Positions 59,455-64,000 of a stretch of 64,000 nt of DNA are shown here, piece after piece. Made by a program: the position numbers and the translations under genes. A model generated the notes under the pieces. The model was given only the letters and a program-made list of their open reading frames with translations. It was not told the DNA's origin and did no database searches. Location of the stretch: the NCBI GenBank assembly GCA_963718895.1, contig CAVRAG010000008.1, positions 96,001-160,000 on the forward strand, in the 5' to 3' direction. Within the stretch, counting starts at the first letter, position 1. Each line of letters starts with the position of its first letter. The DNA comes from an uncultured Nitrososphaerota archaeon (GTDB lineage Archaea; Thermoproteota; Nitrososphaeria; Nitrososphaerales; Gagatemarchaeaceae).

Positions 59455-60919
59455 TCACCGGCTCAGGGTGGGCACGAGCCTCCCGTCGAAGAACCGCCTG
59501 GTTATCCCGCTCGGAGGGGCGTCGAACTCGTCGACCGTCACGACCACGGGGAGGTTGTTGACGGCGTGGCCGAGCACAAGGCACATGCGGGGTGGAAGGG
59601 TCCTCACTATCGACTTCACCGTGTCCGTGTCGACCATCGAGGCCTGGGCCACCAGGTTCAGGTCGGCCTCGCTGGAGAAGTTGTAGAGGAAGATGTTGTC
59701 CGCCTGACGGTAGATCTCCTGCTTGATGGCGTCGGGCTGGTTGGTCACGAACGTCGTGAAGACCCCGAAGTGCCTCATCCTAGTGATCAGGTCCTCCCAG
59801 TAGGTCTCCCGGAGGTAGAGGTGCGCCTCCTCGGAGAGCAGAAAGACCGGCGGGATGGCCCTCTGTTCGAGCAGCTCGACGAGCTTGGAGAGCAGAAGCT
59901 CGACGGTCATCTTCCTGTTGAGCGGCGAGACCCTGCTGAGCGAGATCGACGAGCGCGCCTCCGTCGGGGTGCGAAGCGAAGAACTCGTCGAGACGGAACG
60001 CCTGCTCCGAGTCGGTGAAGAGTCCAGAGTTCGAGAGCGTATAGAAGCGCGCGTTCAGGGCGTCCCGCACGAACTCGTTGCATCTCCACTGCTGGATGTA
60101 CGTCCCGAGCGACTCCATCGAGAGGTCGTGCTTGGACTCCATCCCTTCCCAGATCCGCATGAACTCCCGCAGCGTCGTTCCCGGCATCTCGAGCGAGTGC
60201 TGGAGGAGGGAGGTGACCGCCCGGAGCCCCGCGCCACCGAGGCTGAACTTCAGGTCTCTTGCGGGCTTCCTTACGACGACCTTGTCGGCCACCCCGGTCT
60301 TCGTGCCGTCGGCCGTCAGGCCTATGGAGCCGTACTCGTCGTTGAGGTCGAATATTATGCAGTAGGCGCCGTGCTCGAGAAGGCCCCTCACCATCATCTT
60401 GGCGAGGTGCGACTTGCCGGACTCCTTCCTCCCTGTGATGATGGTTATCCTTCCGTCGAGGGCCTCGGCCGTCACTGAGAAGGAGGAGGCCCTGCCCGAC
60501 TTGCCTATCTTGATCTTCCGTAGGCCCCGGTTGCCCGCCGAATCGAGGATGTCGTTCACGTTTTGCCTCGTTATCTTCGAGGTGGTCCGTGAGGGTATCC
60601 AGTCGATCCGGGGGCTGTGCCGGCCGTGTTCCACGCTTCCCCTCGCCTTGCACTGCAGGAGCCTCATGTCGCGAATCTCCCTGGAGATGCTCCCGACGTC
60701 GGCCGGGTCCTCCGTAACGCCCTGGACCGACGAGAGGAGAACCTCCTCTCTCGCGACCTCTTCCATTATGCCGTCCACGTCCAGGTAGTTCTCGTCGATT
60801 ACCTGGAGGACAAGGCTCCTGTCCTTCTCAGTGACCATGAGATAGTCCCCCATCCTCACGTCCTCCGTCTGCGACGCGACCACGAGGATGTTCGGGCCTT
60901 CCTTCCTTAGAATCTTCAT
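59455..60919 (-). CDS. herA: HerA-like ATPase (HAS barrel + DUF87); frameshift near 59950
   Basis: Walker A GRKESGKS, FDLNDEY, Walker B SEEAHLY, RMRHFG...TNQP. Confidence 0.87.
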
Positions 60920-60925
60920 CTCCGC

Positions 60926-61921
60926 TCAACCCGAGTTGCTCAGTCCGCCCAGCGTGATGCGCCGCAGCCCGAACGACCTCAGGCTCTTCAGCGAGTACCT
61001 GTCGGTGATGTACGCCTTGAGCGCCATGTCCTCGGACCTCGCGAAGACAGAGAGATGGTGCGCCACCCGAAGAGATTCGGGGTATCCGACGGTGAACGAG
61101 TCGTTGGAGAGAAGGGAGCCCAGTACCTGCGGGATGCGCCCGCGGCTCCGGGCGAGGTCGAGCCTGAAGACGAGCCCGTCCCTCGAGAACTTGGCGAGGA
61201 GTGTGTGCACCGGAGCGTCGTCGACCGACGAGTACGCCGGCCCCGCGGCTCTTGAGACCAGGGCGGATAGCCTGTTGGAAGATATGATCGCGCTCGACTT
61301 GGAGAAGCCTATCAGCGATGACTCCGATCCGTCGTCCCTGAACAGCGCCTCCGGGTACGAGTCGAGAGGGTGCTTCAGCGAACCGTCGGCCATCACAAGC
61401 ATCCTCCCGGGGAAGGATAGAAGGGAGGCCGAGATCCTCTTCTCGACAGTGTTCCGGATGATCCTCTCGGCTATGAGGTGGTCGGAGAGAGCGACTCTTA
61501 GCTCGTATCCCTCAAGCTTCGTCGGCAGCCCCAGCGACCCTGACGGGGAGAGGTGGACGACGATCGGGCCGATTCTGAAGTAACCCTGCACCGATCCCTG
61601 CGAGGCGAAGCAGACTGCGGCTCGGACCGCGTAGACCGCCCCGTCGGAGGTCTCTCCCAAGAGGATGCAGGACGAGTCCGTCGATGCTATTGTCACGGTC
61701 TCGGCCACGGGAACTATCGGTAGCGCCTCGCCCTCCAGGGAACCCTCCCACTCATCGAACGGGTACGAGTCTCTCCCGTCCATGTTGAACATGAAACGTC
61801 TCCCTACGAGCCGCTCGTGAATCACCTCCGCCGACGTCTGGAACTGCTCCCTGAACTCGGTTGCGAGCACGCTCAGGGCTTCCATGCTGACCACGGTGGC
61901 GACCTTCAGTTGAGTGTTCAT
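60926..61921 (-). CDS. nurA: NurA-like nuclease
   Basis: STDSS, MADGSL, GFSKSS and GYPESLRVAHHLS motifs; start at ATG 61921 or 61885. Confidence 0.83.
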   Translation of the reverse strand: MNTQLKVATVVSMEALSVLATEFREQFQTSAEVIHERLVGRRFMFNMDGRDSYPFDEWEGSLEGEALPIVPVAETVTIASTDSSCILLGETSDGAVYAVRAAVCFASQGSVQGYFRIGPIVVHLSPSGSLGLPTKLEGYELRVALSDHLIAERIIRNTVEKRISASLLSFPGRMLVMADGSLKHPLDSYPEALFRDDGSESSLIGFSKSSAIISSNRLSALVSRAAGPAYSSVDDAPVHTLLAKFSRDGLVFRLDLARSRGRIPQVLGSLLSNDSFTVGYPESLRVAHHLSVFARSEDMALKAYITDRYSLKSLRSFGLRRITLGGLSNSG

Positions 61922-61987
61922 GTTGCGCAACATGGGTAGGGCACGCTTGATTAATAAGTATTGCGCAACATGCGCTTGCGCAACATG
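61919..61987. promoter_or_regulatory. Operator-like array: three copies of TTGCGCAACATG around a TATA box
   Basis: Perfect palindrome CATGTTGCGCAACATG at 61919-61934; copies at 61961-61972 and 61976-61987; ATTAATAA at 61950-61957; partial copy TGCGCAACA at 62034. Confidence 0.72.
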
Positions 61988-62064
61988 GCGTTTCGGCTTC
62001 AAGCTTGATGAGTCTTAAATACGGCCGCCAAGATGCGCAACAGGAACAACAGGGAGAGCCCGGT

Positions 62065-62493
62065 TTGTCTAGCGATCAGCAGCCGCCCTCGGTGACGGTG
62101 AAACTGAAGAGGGGTGCGTGGGAGATAGAGATTACCTCGCCGGCTGACAAGGTCCAGCAGGCGGTCGAGAGCGTCATCGCCGGGATGGCGTCGAAGGAGC
62201 AGGTGGCGATCTCCGGCTCGGAGGCTGGCGGCGAAGAGGGCGGGGAGAAGCGTTTCGAGACTTGCAGGGGCCTGATCCAGGTCATGTGGACGGAGGGCTG
62301 GTTCGGGACTCAGCGGTCGCTCTCGGAGGTCCACGAGGAGATGGCCAGAAGGGGGTATCACTACGACCGCACGGCGGTCTCGCACGCTCTCGTCGACCTC
62401 GTGCGAGAGGGGACCCTATTCAGGGATGGCACCATGAGGAACTACAGGTACGTCCAAAAGTATCCCTCGAAGCCTCAGACCGGCGGGGTCTGA
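62065..62493 (+). CDS. Hypothetical protein, N-terminal beta-beta-alpha module plus C-terminal winged helix (paralog 1)
   Basis: VKLKRGAWEIEITS...V; EGWF...RSLSEV..E..RRGY.Y...AVS.AL..LVREG.L.R.G....YRY; start 62065 or 62005. Confidence 0.75.
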   Translation: MSSDQQPPSVTVKLKRGAWEIEITSPADKVQQAVESVIAGMASKEQVAISGSEAGGEEGGEKRFETCRGLIQVMWTEGWFGTQRSLSEVHEEMARRGYHYDRTAVSHALVDLVREGTLFRDGTMRNYRYVQKYPSKPQTGGV

Positions 62494-63002
62494 GTTCCCT
62501 TGGGGAACTTCTTCTGGAGTTGTGTGTGGAGCCAGTGAATTCCTGTCGTCGTGGCTCTGTACCTTCCGGCGCCGTCCGACTCCCTCCGCTCGACCGCGCC
62601 GACCTTGTTGAGTTCGGAGAGGCGAGACCCAATAGTCTTGGGGTTGAGCGACGTCGCCGTCTCGAGCTCCGAGACACTCATGTCCTCCCCGGCTCCCTTG
62701 CCTGAGAGGTGGGCGGCCCTGCCGGCGACAAGCTGCAGGAGTATCACGTCCTTGTCGCTGAGTTTCCTGTCCTGGACCCAGACCCGCGGCCCCTCCTCGG
62801 TGAAGCGTATGTAGTCCTTGAACATCTGGACGAGGTCGTTCAGTGAGTAGTTGACCGAGATGCTCTTGGCCAGGTCGATGTTGGGAATCTCTTTGCTGAT
62901 GAACTCGTGGAGCGAGCGGAAGACGACCTCCGGGGATCCGGAGAACTCGACCTTCACGTCGCCGTAGGCCACGGAGACGGAGAGCGGCTTTTCACTGGAC
63001 AA
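62475..63002 (-). CDS. Hypothetical protein, same two-domain layout (paralog 2)
   Basis: VSVAYGDVKVEFSGSPE.V; MSVSELE.ATSLNPKTIGSRLSEL.K.G.V.R. Confidence 0.75.
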   Translation of the reverse strand: MSSEKPLSVSVAYGDVKVEFSGSPEVVFRSLHEFISKEIPNIDLAKSISVNYSLNDLVQMFKDYIRFTEEGPRVWVQDRKLSDKDVILLQLVAGRAAHLSGKGAGEDMSVSELETATSLNPKTIGSRLSELNKVGAVERRESDGAGRYRATTTGIHWLHTQLQKKFPKGTQTPPV

Positions 63003-63044
63003 TGGCTAGGGATACCTCGTTCTGACGAGCAGTTCTGAGTCGGC

Positions 63045-63575
63045 TTAAATGTTTGCCGAGCTCGCTAGCTCAGAAGGAGGCTCCTCTGTCTCGGGGAGGA
63101 CGAGGACCTGCGAGGGCATCATCGAGGTCGACGTGGTGTACACGTATTCCCCGCCTTCACTCTTGAACCGTCGAATCTTCGAGGACTTTGCAAGTCTGAG
63201 GAGCGCGACAGCCACGGACTGCTTCGGGTAGTTCAGTCCGTACGACTGGAGGGCGTCTCTGACCTCCAGCAGTTTCCGAGGGTTCTTCCCCCACTGGTCC
63301 GCGAAGAACTTCGAGATGATGTCGCTGAGCGAATCTCCCTTCTCGACCGCAATGCTGGGAAGCTCGGCAGGGGAACGGACCTCGGACGATTGGGGGGCCG
63401 ACATCGGCTCTATGGGAGCGATGGCGTGCCTGACCTCGCTCCGACCCTCTGGGAACTTGCTCGCGATCTCCGGGATGAGCGCGATGGCCTCCCTGATCTG
63501 GCCCATGTCGGCCTCAATCTCGGCTTCGTTCTGGCCCGACCTGACTCTGATCTTGATTCGGTCCGAAGACAACAT
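63045..63575 (-). CDS. Hypothetical protein, same two-domain layout (paralog 3)
   Basis: IRVRSGQNEAEIEA...I; WG..PRKL.EV..AL..YG.NY....VAVAL.RL. Confidence 0.75.
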   Translation of the reverse strand: MLSSDRIKIRVRSGQNEAEIEADMGQIREAIALIPEIASKFPEGRSEVRHAIAPIEPMSAPQSSEVRSPAELPSIAVEKGDSLSDIISKFFADQWGKNPRKLLEVRDALQSYGLNYPKQSVAVALLRLAKSSKIRRFKSEGGEYVYTTSTSMMPSQVLVLPETEEPPSELASSANI

Positions 63576-63620
63576 GGCTCGGCGGGGCCTCTGGGCTTGT
63601 AAGCTTTTTGGGGCTGGTTC

Positions 63621-64000
63621 TCAGTTCTGGGGTGCACCCCTCTGCGCCGAGATCCGCTCTCTAAGCAAGCGACCCACCACTTGCCCGTCGACACGACCCC
63701 TGGCCGTCTTCATCACCTCCCCCATGAGGACGCTGAAGGACCGCTCGCCCTTCTCCGCGATGAGCGTCCGATTCTCCTGGACGACCCTGTCGATTATCGT
63801 CTTCAGCTCGGCCTCGTCTAGCCTCGTCAGACCCAGCCTCTCTACCGCGTCCTGGACGCTGCCGGCCTCGCCCCCGCAGACGAGTCTCAGGACGTCTATC
63901 GCGGCCTCCTTAGAGAAGTCGCCCCTGTCTATGGAGCCAAGGACCTCCTCAAGTCGGCCCTCCGAGAGCTTCGACTCGTCCAGGCCTTCTCTCGAGAGCC
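63621..64000 (-). CDS. gatE: Glu-tRNA(Gln) amidotransferase subunit E, C-terminal part (5'-truncated by the window)
   Basis: Hand translation ...FSKEAAIDVL...LDEAELKTIIDRVV...KGERSFSVLMGEVMK..RGRVDGQVV. Confidence 0.85.
   Translation of the reverse strand, partial: LSREGLDESKLSEGRLEEVLGSIDRGDFSKEAAIDVLRLVCGGEAGSVQDAVERLGLTRLDEAELKTIIDRVVQENRTLIAEKGERSFSVLMGEVMKTARGRVDGQVVGRLLRERISAQRGAPQN

Noticed and set aside
1-64000. Many long overlapping or antisense ORFs in the track (e.g. 1788-3029, 11225-12643, 43768-45294)
   Set aside because: Shadow frames of high-GC genes; Arg/Pro/Gly-rich with no motifs

Overview
High-GC archaeal chromosome segment, most consistent with a Nitrososphaerota/TACK archaeon (rpS25e, rpS26e, Rpo6, Rpo12, Alba, thermosome, crenarchaeal-type PolB, GatE, tRNA-intron lyase). 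It is mostly housekeeping genes: sugar-nucleotide enzymes, proS/thrS/tyrS/glyS, DNA ligase, PolB and a NurA-HerA pair. The standout is a lower-GC 7.3 kb integrated element (27892-35213) bounded by a 9-bp direct repeat, TATGTTCAT. Joining its ends in silico gives a 30-bp near-perfect palindromic, lox-like attP and fuses a 40-codon ORF at the left end in frame with the tyrosine-recombinase ORF at the right end. The integrase therefore appears split by its own integration, at a non-tRNA site in the proS promoter. The element carries an IS91-like HUH rolling-circle initiator, a CopG-like regulator, a type IIG restriction-modification gene and two ~100-bp repeats with one compensatory base-pair change. 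Other notable items are a PolB with two LAGLIDADG inteins at atypical sites, a TTGCGCAACATG operator-like array between nurA-herA-PC4 and three apparently paralogous winged-helix genes, and a highly paired leader upstream of an NRAMP-like transporter. Many genes, including essential ones, carry single-base frameshifts, which points to indel errors in the assembly. No tRNA, rRNA or CRISPR array was recognised.
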